Below are positions 46,647 through 55,620 of a DNA stretch of 56,815 nucleotides, one piece after another. The translations under genes were made by a program, and so were the position numbers. This DNA is from Candidatus Micrarchaeota archaeon (GTDB taxonomy: Archaea > Micrarchaeota > Micrarchaeia > Micrarchaeales > CABMGC01). The stretch covers positions 1 through 56,815 of the forward strand of contig JAGWGX010000004.1 of NCBI GenBank assembly GCA_028867145.1. Reading direction: 5' to 3'. The notes under the pieces are model-generated. The model made no database searches and was not told the origin of the DNA. It saw only the letters and a list, made by a program, of their open reading frames with translations. Positions within the stretch are counted from its first letter, which is position 1; each line of letters opens with the position of its first letter.

Positions 46647-47069
46647 GTGTTTTTGCTGGATACCAATTATGAGAAGCTACTGGACAGGGCGTTCGAGAAG
46701 TTGCCTAGCTTGTCCGCTGAAAACGTGGACTTCAAGATTCCAGCTCCAGATTCAATGATCCAGGGTGCAAAGACGATACTCAAGAACTTCGGGCAGATCG
46801 TGGATGTGGCAAGGCGAGACAAGGCTGAGGTCGCAAAATACATGACCAAGGAGCTTGCGGCCCCGGTTAGCATCGAGGACCAGAGGCTGCTGATTTCAGC
46901 AAAGGTCCACTCTGACGTGATAAACCAGAAGATCAAGAAGTACTTTGACACTTATGTGATTTGCAGGGAGTGCCACAAGCCAGACACGCACGTGGAGTCT
47001 GCAGCACGGGGCTTCATCACGATTGTGTGCGAGGCATGCGGAGCAAGGTACTCAATCAAGCACTATTAG
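46647..47069 (+). CDS. eif2b: Translation initiation factor aIF-2 beta subunit
   Basis: YEKLLDRA, KTILKNF, YVICRECHKPDT..CEACGA; exact start uncertain (GTG/TTG/CTG). Confidence 0.93.
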   Translation: MFLLDTNYEKLLDRAFEKLPSLSAENVDFKIPAPDSMIQGAKTILKNFGQIVDVARRDKAEVAKYMTKELAAPVSIEDQRLLISAKVHSDVINQKIKKYFDTYVICRECHKPDTHVESAARGFITIVCEACGARYSIKHY

Positions 47070-47076
47070 GGTTTAA

Positions 47077-47373
47077 ATGAAATACCAAAAGCAAAATGTT
47101 GTCCAGAGCACGCCTATGCCAAGGCCAGATGAGGTCGTGGGCACCGTTAGGAGGGCTCTTGGAGCATCAAAGTTTGAGGTTCAATGCTCAGACCAAAATG
47201 TGAGGGTCTGCTCAATTCCAGGAAGGCTAAAGAGAAGGTTCTGGGTCAAGGAGGGTGACGTCGTTCTCGTAAAGCCTTGGGTGGTCCAGTCAAACGAAAG
47301 AGGCGACATAACATGGAGGTACAGCATAATGGACAAGGACAAGCTCAAGGCTAAGGGCGTGATGATACCTTAA
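47077..47373 (+). CDS. eif1a: Translation initiation factor aIF-1A
   Basis: LG....V.C.D...R.C.IPGRLKRRFWVKEGDVVLV.PW...GDI.WRY. Confidence 0.95.
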   Translation: MKYQKQNVVQSTPMPRPDEVVGTVRRALGASKFEVQCSDQNVRVCSIPGRLKRRFWVKEGDVVLVKPWVVQSNERGDITWRYSIMDKDKLKAKGVMIP

Positions 47374-48094
47374 AGACTGTGGTGTGGAGCTCTTTTTTCA
47401 TGCTTTCTATAAGCCTCATTTTCTCTAGTTCCTTTTCAACCAATTTTGCAAGATCCCCGTTCCAGATTTTCTGATTTCGCTCAATTCTAACATCTTCCCT
47501 TTTCAATAAACCGTTAAAGATTTTTACAAATTCATCAGTTCCTTGAGAAAGTACATCCACAAAACGGTAATCGTCGGATATGTTGGATATTTTGGTTTTA
47601 AAAGTCGCCTCAAGTACTTGTGGTTTAATATTAGAAATGAACATGAAAAAAACTTCTGGATACATCGCTTTTATCCTCTCCACCTTTGTTATGTACCTCT
47701 CAGTGTCATTAATCACCCTTTGATCTTTCGCATTCTGAATCCACTCAAGCCCGTGTACCTCTATTGCCAGCATCCTGCCATTGATGTAGACGTTTGTGAA
47801 GAAATCCGGTTTGAATGCACTCCTTATTTCTGGGACAAAGAAGCAAACCTTCTCATACGCAACCCTTATGTCAAGCTTCTTGAGGAGTGTTGTCGCAAGG
47901 CCTCTTTCTGAATCATGTAGCCTCACTCTTACATTGTCAACATAGAACTTATCATCGGGTCTTAGCTCCAACTCCCCTCTCCTTGCAATCTTCGCAGCCG
48001 CTAACTCACTATCCTTGGACGAAAAAACGAGACCAGAAAATGTATTTGGGTTCTGGGGACCCTTATATACCTCCACAAGACTGCGGACGAGCAT
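47351..48094 (-). CDS. Hypothetical protein with a PD-(D/E)XK-like nuclease motif
   Basis: HDSE, YEK, FKPDF...LAIEVHG (Vsr/DUF559-like signature). Confidence 0.6.
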   Translation of the reverse strand: MLVRSLVEVYKGPQNPNTFSGLVFSSKDSELAAAKIARRGELELRPDDKFYVDNVRVRLHDSERGLATTLLKKLDIRVAYEKVCFFVPEIRSAFKPDFFTNVYINGRMLAIEVHGLEWIQNAKDQRVINDTERYITKVERIKAMYPEVFFMFISNIKPQVLEATFKTKISNISDDYRFVDVLSQGTDEFVKIFNGLLKREDVRIERNQKIWNGDLAKLVEKELEKMRLIESMKKELHTTVFKVSSRP

Positions 48095-48117
48095 AGGTTA
48101 TATCCTGTGTAAAGTAT

Positions 48118-48915
48118 TTATACTTTGTAGTTTTTTTCTTTACCCATTACGTAACCAAAAACCTCTTCGCTATCTACTTCTAGCCTGTATTTTCTGTTGA
48201 AGTACCTTGTTATGTTGTAGATGTCCCTTTGCAAGAACATCATTGCGTTGGGATGCTTGTTGATGACTCCCTGGCCGAAGTCGATAATGTAGGGCATTCC
48301 GTCATGCATCAGTATGTTGTACTCACTTATGTCCGCATGGATTAGCTCATTGTCATAGAGTTTTTTAAGGTCGGCAATTATTGTTTTATAAACTTTTTTC
48401 GGATCTTCAAGTACCACATCCTTTAGCTGCGGTGCGACGTTGTTCCCATCACCGATGAACTCCATTCCTATCACATTTCCCGAGAAATAGTAGGGCTTTG
48501 GGCAGTGCACCTTGGCGGAGGTAGCAATCTTCAGGTTTCCAAACTCCTTCTTGCACCACTCGTTTACTATCCAAGAAATCTCCCTCCTGATTTTTGGGAA
48601 TCTCGGGTCTCCTATCATATAGTCCGTCCTCGCGTAGAAGCTTGAGGTCTCAATTCGAAAGATCTTCACCGCGGCGAGCTGCTCCTTTATCGCCTCGCCG
48701 CTCTCTGCTACATAGACGTTCGCCTCCTTTCCCTTTGAAATAAGGAAGAGCAGCCTTGAGATGATGCCGTGGCTAAAGAACTTCTCGAGCCTCATCATTG
48801 TCCTGTTGTCAAAGACGCCCTCCTCGATCTTTAGCTGCTCGTGGAGCATGTGCTTGTCCCGCTCTGGCCTCTTCTTTTTGCTAACTAACGCCACTTGCTC
48901 ACTTATGATAGGCAT
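48118..48915 (-). CDS. rio1: RIO1 serine/threonine kinase
   Basis: ISKGKEANVY, AVKIFR, GDPRF, W..KEFGNL, HADISEYNIL, IDFGQ; start may be GTG 48894. Confidence 0.95.
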   Translation of the reverse strand: MPIISEQVALVSKKKRPERDKHMLHEQLKIEEGVFDNRTMMRLEKFFSHGIISRLLFLISKGKEANVYVAESGEAIKEQLAAVKIFRIETSSFYARTDYMIGDPRFPKIRREISWIVNEWCKKEFGNLKIATSAKVHCPKPYYFSGNVIGMEFIGDGNNVAPQLKDVVLEDPKKVYKTIIADLKKLYDNELIHADISEYNILMHDGMPYIIDFGQGVINKHPNAMMFLQRDIYNITRYFNRKYRLEVDSEEVFGYVMGKEKNYKV

Positions 48916-48936
48916 TTATCTTTTAGGATAATAAAT

Positions 48937-49578
48937 ATGCGTATGGACTCCCCAAAGGTTATAGTGGACAACAGGGAGCGAAACCTCGAGATCATCGAGG
49001 GCCTTGAGAACAACGGAATGGCTCTGAGCTTCGCGCAACTTCCCGTGGGCGACTACATCTTGTCCGATCGCATCTGCGTGGAGCGAAAGACCTCCTCAGA
49101 CCTCGAGGGCTCTGTGATGAGCGGAAGGCTCTTTGAGCAGCTAGATAGGCTCAGGTCAAGCTTTGAGAAGCCGATGCTAGTGATAGAAGGCAACGGGTTT
49201 AGGCTTGGAAGCAGTGTGATCCTTGGAACGGCGCTTAAGATATACATAGAATATGGGATCCCAATACTCTGGTCTGAGTCTGCAATGGAGACGGCAGACA
49301 TCCTTTCCGCTATTTCAAAACGAGAGCAGGAGCACAAATCTCATGAGCCAAGGATGCAAGGTCTAAAGAAGGCGTATACTGAAGATCAGTGGCAGCTGTT
49401 GATACTTAGCTCAATTCCCGGAGTTGGGACGAAGCTTGCAAAGAATCTGCTAGAGCATTTCAAGAGCATAAAGAACATAGTGATGGCAGACACAGAGGAG
49501 CTGACAAAAATTGAAAAAATAGGAAAGAAAAAAGCCCAGAGAATTTATGAAATTTTAAATTCTGAGTACAAGCAGTGA
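48937..49578 (+). CDS. xpf: Short XPF/ERCC4 endonuclease (nuclease + HhH2, no helicase)
   Basis: VDNRE, GDY, VERKT..D, IPGVG, IEKIG. Confidence 0.92.
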   Translation: MRMDSPKVIVDNRERNLEIIEGLENNGMALSFAQLPVGDYILSDRICVERKTSSDLEGSVMSGRLFEQLDRLRSSFEKPMLVIEGNGFRLGSSVILGTALKIYIEYGIPILWSESAMETADILSAISKREQEHKSHEPRMQGLKKAYTEDQWQLLILSSIPGVGTKLAKNLLEHFKSIKNIVMADTEELTKIEKIGKKKAQRIYEILNSEYKQ

Positions 49579-50034
49579 TTACTGCTTAAAACCATTCTTT
49601 TTCTTCAAATTTGCAATCCAAGAATTTGCCAGACTCTCCCTTTGTTTCGAATCAAAAAAGCGATCCAAGCCCTTAAGCTGAACCTTGCTAAGCCTATCAA
49701 GTAATGTTTTTGATCTGAAATCCTTCTCTTCAAAAGATTCAATTTGGAGTTCCGTTCTTTTTAGGTTTGTAAAAACTGCGACTATCCCGCCGTCCTTTAG
49801 TCTTAGCCTTTCCGCGAGTTCAGGTTTTATCGGTATGCTGCCAAAATCTGGATAGATTGTAAAAACCTCTGGGGGTCTTACTAGTCCAATCTCGTTTCCA
49901 TCAAAGTGCATAATCGCCTTATGGTCGAATCCACCTTTGTCAACACTCAAAAATGCCAAAAATCTAGAGCCCTTTGTGGGAGTATCCTCTATCATTCTAT
50001 TCTCAAGCAGGTAAGATTTTGTAAACTTCTCCAT
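49579..50034 (-). CDS. Hypothetical protein
   Basis: 151-aa ORF with GTGA SD-like motif; no recognisable motif. Confidence 0.65.
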   Translation of the reverse strand: MEKFTKSYLLENRMIEDTPTKGSRFLAFLSVDKGGFDHKAIMHFDGNEIGLVRPPEVFTIYPDFGSIPIKPELAERLRLKDGGIVAVFTNLKRTELQIESFEEKDFRSKTLLDRLSKVQLKGLDRFFDSKQRESLANSWIANLKKKNGFKQ

Positions 50035-50088
50035 GCTTCACTTCAGGCATAATGGAATTTAAGTATGATTGTATGAGCGTTTTCAAGG

Positions 50089-50523
50089 CTATCTTTCACT
50101 TATTGGGGTTATTGAAACATCTCCAGATTCTCCCAAATCCATCTTAAGTGATATCCTCTCCATTTTGTCAATCATCAACTTTAGCCTTGCATCTTTTGCA
50201 ATTTTCTCCTCACTTACAAAAAGAATGAACTTCTCTGCTGACTTTATCCCTGATTTTCCTATCGCCTTGCCCACATTCATCTCCCCTGAAACAAGGCAGA
50301 GCATCTCATTTCCAACCTCATTGCTTTTCATAAGGCCGTCCTCCTGCCTGAGTAGTGCATTGAAGTAGGCCGGCAAAATCCTTGCTAATATTTCAGGGCC
50401 GTGATCAAAAAGCTGCAAAAACCCACTTTTTGGCTTAAATTCCACCTTTTTTCCAAGCAATTCAGCCACGCTAAGCGAAGATGAGCACAGATACGCCACA
50501 GGAGCAAGCCCCTCAAGATCCAT
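50089..50523 (-). CDS. KEOPS subunit Cgi121-like protein
   Basis: LQLFD, AYFNA, EMLCLVSG..NV.KAI..SG pattern; start ATG 50523. Confidence 0.6.
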   Translation of the reverse strand: MDLEGLAPVAYLCSSSLSVAELLGKKVEFKPKSGFLQLFDHGPEILARILPAYFNALLRQEDGLMKSNEVGNEMLCLVSGEMNVGKAIGKSGIKSAEKFILFVSEEKIAKDARLKLMIDKMERISLKMDLGESGDVSITPISER

Positions 50524-50621
50524 CAAATAACGCCTCTTTTTCGCCACAAGCAAATGGTTAAATTCCTTTCCCGACATATAATAAGTGGCTTGTTATTTAA
50601 AGCCTATTTTTAAGTGATTAG

Positions 50622-51014
50622 ATGAGTCAGTTTGGAGTACAAATGCACAAGAAGTCCGCAAGGAAGCAGTCGGGCAGCGGAAAGCAGAAGATAAAGGGCA
50701 GGGACAAGAAGAGATTCGAGGTCGGGGGATACTTCATCGCAACTAAGCTTGGCGACAAGAACGTGGTCAAGAAGGTAAGGATCAGGGGCGGGGCAATGAA
50801 GGCAAAGCTCCAGCACGCCGCATTTGCGAACATACTCACCAAATCAGGCTACAAGAAGGTTGCAATCAAGGGAATCTCTGAGTCGAAGGATAACAGGAAC
50901 TTCGCGAGGCTCACAATCATAACAAAGGGGACGATAATCGACACCGAGCTTGGAAAGGCAATCGTCACAAACAGGGCAGGCAGGGAAGGGAGCGTCAACG
51001 CGAAGCTAGTTTAA
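50622..51014 (+). CDS. rps8e: 30S ribosomal protein S8e
   Basis: KKRFEVG, R.RGG..K, IITKGTIIDTELGKAIVTNR.G..G.VNA. Confidence 0.96.
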   Translation: MSQFGVQMHKKSARKQSGSGKQKIKGRDKKRFEVGGYFIATKLGDKNVVKKVRIRGGAMKAKLQHAAFANILTKSGYKKVAIKGISESKDNRNFARLTIITKGTIIDTELGKAIVTNRAGREGSVNAKLV

Positions 51015-51022
51015 GTGAGAAA

Positions 51023-51397
51023 ATGCCTGCAAGAGTGTACGTCGCAAGCATCTCAAAGCTCCAGGACCTAAAGAAGCTAATCAACTACGATCCGTACCTT
51101 GACAATGCAATCAAGGAGGAGGACCTTGCAAAGGTGCGCGCGGATGAGATGGCAAACATAATCTTTGCAAGGCAGGACTGCCAGGTGAAGGAAGGAGCAG
51201 CGCTAAATCTCGACAGGGAAAAGGCCTATTTATACATTAACGCAAGCGAGGAGTTCCTCGAGAAGGCGGACAAGAAGATAAAGCTGCAGATCGAGGGCGC
51301 GCAGCGCGCAGATTCTGAGACGGAGCAGAACATTATCTCACAGATAAACGAGGAGCTCTCAAAGGCGGAGACCGGATTCGGATCATTGTTTGGTTAA
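51023..51397 (+). CDS. Conserved hypothetical protein
   Basis: FARQ...KEG..L, YLYI.A..EFL, C-terminal GFGSLFG; co-directional with rps8e. Confidence 0.8.
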   Translation: MPARVYVASISKLQDLKKLINYDPYLDNAIKEEDLAKVRADEMANIIFARQDCQVKEGAALNLDREKAYLYINASEEFLEKADKKIKLQIEGAQRADSETEQNIISQINEELSKAETGFGSLFG

Positions 51398-51401
51398 TTC
51401 T

Positions 51402-52307
51402 ATGATGCACTTCCTTAGCGTTGAGGATTTTTCCAAGGCGCAGATAGAGGAAATCTTCGACATTGCAGACGATTTGAAGAAAAACAAGGCCCCGATCTCG
51501 CTAAAACAAGGCTCTATTGCAGTACTGCTTTTTGAAAAGCCCTCCACCAGAACAAGAATATCATTCGAGGTTGCCATGGCGCAGCTTGGTGGGCACTATA
51601 TCTATGTGGATCCAAGAACCACTCAACTCTCGCGTGGGGAGAACTGGGCGGATACGGCAAAGGTGCTAAGCAGCTACGTAGATTTCATAATCGCAAGGCT
51701 CTACAGCCACAAGGACCTAAACGAGATGGCAAAGAACTCTTCGGTCCCTGTGATCAATGCGCTAACTGAGGACGAGCATCCGACCCAGGCGCTAGCTGAC
51801 CTGTACACCATACGCGAGAAAAAGGGAAAGCTAAAGGGGCTCAAGATCGCGATGTTTGGCGACACCGCAAACAACACGTTTAACTCGCTGATGATTGCAT
51901 GCACGATGATGGGAATGGAGGTCGCGCTCATCGGACCGAAGGGCTATCTTCCCAGCACAAGGTTTGTGGCAAAGGCAAAGGAGTACGGGATAGTGAAAGT
52001 TTACGATGACATTGAGGAAGGTGTGGAGGGCGCAGATGTCATATACACGGACACGTTTGTTAGCATGGGCGAGGAGCACGACAGCGAGCTTAGGAAAAAG
52101 CTCTTCATGCCATACCAGGTGAACGGGACGGTCCTAAAGATGGCAAGCCCAAGGGCAATAGTGATGCATCCTCTTCCAGCGCACAGGGGCGAGGAGATAA
52201 CAGGTGAGGTGCTAGATGGAAAGCAGAGTGTCGCGTTCGATCAGGCAAAGCTTAAGCTTCTAATAGAAAAGGCGATCATCCTCTACATCGCCGGAAAGGA
52301 AATCTAA
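51402..52307 (+). CDS. argF: Ornithine carbamoyltransferase
   Basis: FEKPSTRTR, HPTQALAD, YTD.FVSMG, HPLPAHRGEE. Confidence 0.95.
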   Translation: MMHFLSVEDFSKAQIEEIFDIADDLKKNKAPISLKQGSIAVLLFEKPSTRTRISFEVAMAQLGGHYIYVDPRTTQLSRGENWADTAKVLSSYVDFIIARLYSHKDLNEMAKNSSVPVINALTEDEHPTQALADLYTIREKKGKLKGLKIAMFGDTANNTFNSLMIACTMMGMEVALIGPKGYLPSTRFVAKAKEYGIVKVYDDIEEGVEGADVIYTDTFVSMGEEHDSELRKKLFMPYQVNGTVLKMASPRAIVMHPLPAHRGEEITGEVLDGKQSVAFDQAKLKLLIEKAIILYIAGKEI

Positions 52308-52365
52308 TCCTATACAAAAACTGAGTTTCTTATTTAAAACGTCAAACAAGAGTTTCTTTGTTTAA

Positions 52366-53058
52366 ATGTCAGAAGCAAAAGTGGACCAAGTGTGGAAGAG
52401 AAACCGCATGGTTATATTAAACAGGCTTTGGAAAAAAGAGCCCGAAATGGTTAGAACAGCGTCCATTGCAGACTTTTTAGATGGAAAGCCGCCAAGATCA
52501 ATGACTCTTGACATGGGGTGTGGAGACACAGGCAAGATAAATATAAAACTAAATCATCTCTACCACGGTATTGATGTCTCTTTAGTTGCAATAAGAGCCG
52601 CCAAGAGAAAGAGTCCTAATGCAAATTTCTTAGTTGCAGATGCCTCATATTTGCCCTTCAGGGATAACTCCTTTGATAGGGTCGCATCATACTCGGTGAT
52701 AGAGTCGCTGGGGGTCGAGTTTCGCGAAGCATTCAGAGAGCTCGTTAGGGTAACAAACAATGAGATAAGCTTCACCACAATGCATGTCGATGCAATATAC
52801 AAGCCAAACACTTCGGCAGAGAATCAATACCTTAAATTGAGTTATGCTACCATTCATATAGAAACTGGTCTTGTTGGTACTACTCCCGAGCAGATGATGG
52901 GAATGCTAAGGGACTCTGAAATAGAGATAGACTTCAGGGTTATCGATAATACAGGAAAAGAGACCGGAATCAATGCAGTTGATTATCTAAACGGCCTTGA
53001 CGACCAGTCAAAGAAGCACATAGTGCTCAATGCAAAGAAAACAATTGAGCAAAAATAA
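52366..53058 (+). CDS. Class I SAM-dependent methyltransferase
   Basis: LDMGCG, GIDVS, ADASYLPFRDNSFD. Confidence 0.85.
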   Translation: MSEAKVDQVWKRNRMVILNRLWKKEPEMVRTASIADFLDGKPPRSMTLDMGCGDTGKINIKLNHLYHGIDVSLVAIRAAKRKSPNANFLVADASYLPFRDNSFDRVASYSVIESLGVEFREAFRELVRVTNNEISFTTMHVDAIYKPNTSAENQYLKLSYATIHIETGLVGTTPEQMMGMLRDSEIEIDFRVIDNTGKETGINAVDYLNGLDDQSKKHIVLNAKKTIEQK

Positions 53059-53775
53059 CTACTCTCCCCATACGTCCGCCTTTATGTTTGCCTTGTCAAC
53101 TCCAAGAGAGATTAGCGCCGCCTCTATTGCCTTCGTGAACTTTAGCGGGCCGCACACATAGCAGGTCCTCTCCTTTGGATCTACCACATGCCTTGAGATC
53201 ATGGCGGCATCGATGTGGCCGTACTCACCGTCCCATCCAGGAACGTTTTGCTCCCTTGTTACGCTCCTTGTCATCTCAAACTTGAGGCTCTTCTTGTAGC
53301 CCTCAAGCTCGTCCTTGCATATCGTCTCTGCCGAAAATCGCATGCTGTAGATCAGCTTTATGTCCGTGTCAAGCTTCTTCTCCTCAATTAGCCTGAGCAT
53401 TGAGAGGAATGGCGCAAGACCCGTGCCCCCGGCCACAAACAGGACCTTCTTGTTCTGGTTTGGGTCGTACTTGAACTGCCCGTGCGGGCCAGAAACATAG
53501 TAAACGTCGCCCACCTGCGCGGTGTCGAGCTTTGAGGTGAACCTTCCGTGTATCATGCTGATCGCAAAGTCGAGCGTCTCATCATCGGGCTTTGAGGCAA
53601 GCGAGAACGCCCTTGCTATCTCCTCCCCGGTCTGGGGGTTCTTGTACGCAAGCATGATGAACATTCCCGCATCAAAGCTCAGCCTTGATCCGTCCTGCGC
53701 CTTGAACTTGAAGATGTTCACCTCAGGGGTCTCCTTTATGATCTCCGATATGACGTAAGGCTTTTTTATAATCAT
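53059..53775 (-). CDS. Ferredoxin-NADP reductase-family FAD/NAD oxidoreductase
   Basis: RAFSLAS, GRFTS, GPHG.F, AGGTGLAPF, YVCGP; start ATG 53775. Confidence 0.92.
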   Translation of the reverse strand: MIIKKPYVISEIIKETPEVNIFKFKAQDGSRLSFDAGMFIMLAYKNPQTGEEIARAFSLASKPDDETLDFAISMIHGRFTSKLDTAQVGDVYYVSGPHGQFKYDPNQNKKVLFVAGGTGLAPFLSMLRLIEEKKLDTDIKLIYSMRFSAETICKDELEGYKKSLKFEMTRSVTREQNVPGWDGEYGHIDAAMISRHVVDPKERTCYVCGPLKFTKAIEAALISLGVDKANIKADVWGE

Positions 53776-53892
53776 AAAAACCAAATCATTTGAGCGGGTA
53801 AAATATAATACCCTATCCCTCAATCCTTCTTGCCCAATTCCATAATTTTATATAGCGGAATGTACCAATAGGATCATCCGACTTTAGCGTAG

Positions 53893-53964
53893 GGGCTCTT
53901 GGCTCAGTAGTAGAGCGTTCCGTTCGCAACGGAAAGGTCGCGGGTGCGATTCCCGCAGAGTCCA
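53893..53964 (+). tRNA. tRNA-Ala(CGC)
   Basis: Acceptor GGGCTCT/AGAGTCC with G3:U70, anticodon arm TTCCG-ttCGCaa-CGGAA. Confidence 0.93.
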
Positions 53965-53998
53965 TAAACCTACAAAATCTGATCAAAAAGGTGGATGC

Positions 53999-54919
53999 AT
54001 GGTTGAAATAGAGGGCAAGCAGATAATTGTGACGGGCGGGGCAGGGTTCATAGGAAGCAACTTAGTTGAAAGACTCGCCAAGGCAAATAAGGTAGTGGTC
54101 ATCGACAATCTCCATACAGGCTCTGCAGTTAACCTTGCAAAGGCCATAGAGAGCGGGAACGTGACCGTGATTGAGGACAACGCCAAAAGTATTGGGGATC
54201 ACAATCTCAAGGCAGACATCGTATTTCATCTTGGTTTTCCTTCCTCAACTCCGATGTATAGGGAAAATCCCCATCTGGTTGACGAAGTCGTCGCAGGAAT
54301 GATAAGCGTTCTTGAGTACGCTAAGAAAAATTCCTCAAAGCTTGTCTGGAGTTCCTCTTCCTCCATCTACAACGGGATAAAGCCCCCCCATCGAGAGGAT
54401 GCGATCCCGCTTGTCACCGATTACTACACAGAGGCAAGAATAGCCTGCGAGCGCCTTGCCGAGCTTTACTCAAAGTTCTACAGCGTCAACTCCGTTGCGC
54501 TTAGGTTCTTTGCTGTGTACGGAAGGCATGAAGAGTTCAAGAAAACTTATGCGAATTTGGTGACTCAGTTTTTGTGGGCGATGAAAAATGGCGAGCAGCC
54601 TGTTGTGTATGGTGACGGGACGCAAAGGCGCGACTTCACGAGCGTTGACGACCTTGTTGAGGCACTGATAAGATCCACGGGACTTGACTCATTTGAGATA
54701 ATAAACGTGGGGACCCAGAAAAACTACACGATCAACGAGCTAATTGAAAAGCTAAATGCGGCGCTGAAGACAAATATCAAGCCAAAGTACGTTCCAATCC
54801 CGTTCAAGGGCTATGTGATGGAAACGCTTGCGGACACGAGCAAATGCGAGCGCCTTCTCAAATTCCATGCGAACATAACGCTTGACGAGGGAATAAGGCG
54901 CCTGATCGGAGATGAATGA
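53999..54919 (+). CDS. NAD-dependent epimerase/dehydratase (extended SDR)
   Basis: TGGAGFIGS, SSSSIY, YTEAR, YGDGTQRRDF. Confidence 0.92.
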   Translation: MVEIEGKQIIVTGGAGFIGSNLVERLAKANKVVVIDNLHTGSAVNLAKAIESGNVTVIEDNAKSIGDHNLKADIVFHLGFPSSTPMYRENPHLVDEVVAGMISVLEYAKKNSSKLVWSSSSSIYNGIKPPHREDAIPLVTDYYTEARIACERLAELYSKFYSVNSVALRFFAVYGRHEEFKKTYANLVTQFLWAMKNGEQPVVYGDGTQRRDFTSVDDLVEALIRSTGLDSFEIINVGTQKNYTINELIEKLNAALKTNIKPKYVPIPFKGYVMETLADTSKCERLLKFHANITLDEGIRRLIGDE

Positions 54920-54921
54920 CC

Positions 54922-55620
54922 CTAGAACATCCCGAACTTCCTTTTCTTCGAGTCTGGACTCTCCCTCTTTAGGTTCTCAACCTTTACCCTGAACTTTTCA
55001 GTGACAAGGTTCTTGCCTGCACCCCTGCAGATTTTGCAGAGCTGCTCGAACGTCTTTCCCCTCCCCCCGCACCTGTTGCACATAACTGCCATCTGGATCC
55101 TTCCAAGAATGGTGTTTTGCTGCACCATCCTCCTTCCCGTTCCATCGCAAGTTGAGCACTTCACCTGCTTTGATCCGGGTTCGCCCCCGCTTCCCTTGCA
55201 GTGCTCGCATCTCTTATTGTGCTGAACCGTGAACTCCTTGTCCATTCCGCCTTCGATCTCCTCAAATGAGAGGGTGAGATTGACGCTCTGCGGCTCCCCC
55301 TGGGAAAACATCTCCTCAAACGAGCCGAAGTTGTTGAAGATGCTCCTAAACATCTCATCCTGCGTGAAGCCCGCTCCCTCTTGCCCAGAGAAACCGCCCT
55401 GGCCAAAGTCCGCCGAGCCGTAGGAGTCGTACTGCCTTCTCTTCTCCGGCTCCCCAAGCACAGAGTACGCCTCGTTTATCCCCTTGAATTTCTCCTCAGC
55501 GCCCTTCTCCTTGTTCCTGTCAGGGTGGTACTTGAGCGCAAGCTCCCTGTACGCCTTCTTGATCTGCTCTTCGCTAGCGTTTTTTGGCACTCCGAGAATT
55601 TCGTAGTAATCCTTTGCCAT
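54922..55620 (-). CDS. dnaJ: DnaJ chaperone, short form (J domain + G/F + Zn finger)
   Basis: [12 protein letters not shown], four CxxCxGxG repeats. Confidence 0.9.
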   Translation of the reverse strand: MAKDYYEILGVPKNASEEQIKKAYRELALKYHPDRNKEKGAEEKFKGINEAYSVLGEPEKRRQYDSYGSADFGQGGFSGQEGAGFTQDEMFRSIFNNFGSFEEMFSQGEPQSVNLTLSFEEIEGGMDKEFTVQHNKRCEHCKGSGGEPGSKQVKCSTCDGTGRRMVQQNTILGRIQMAVMCNRCGGRGKTFEQLCKICRGAGKNLVTEKFRVKVENLKRESPDSKKRKFGMF

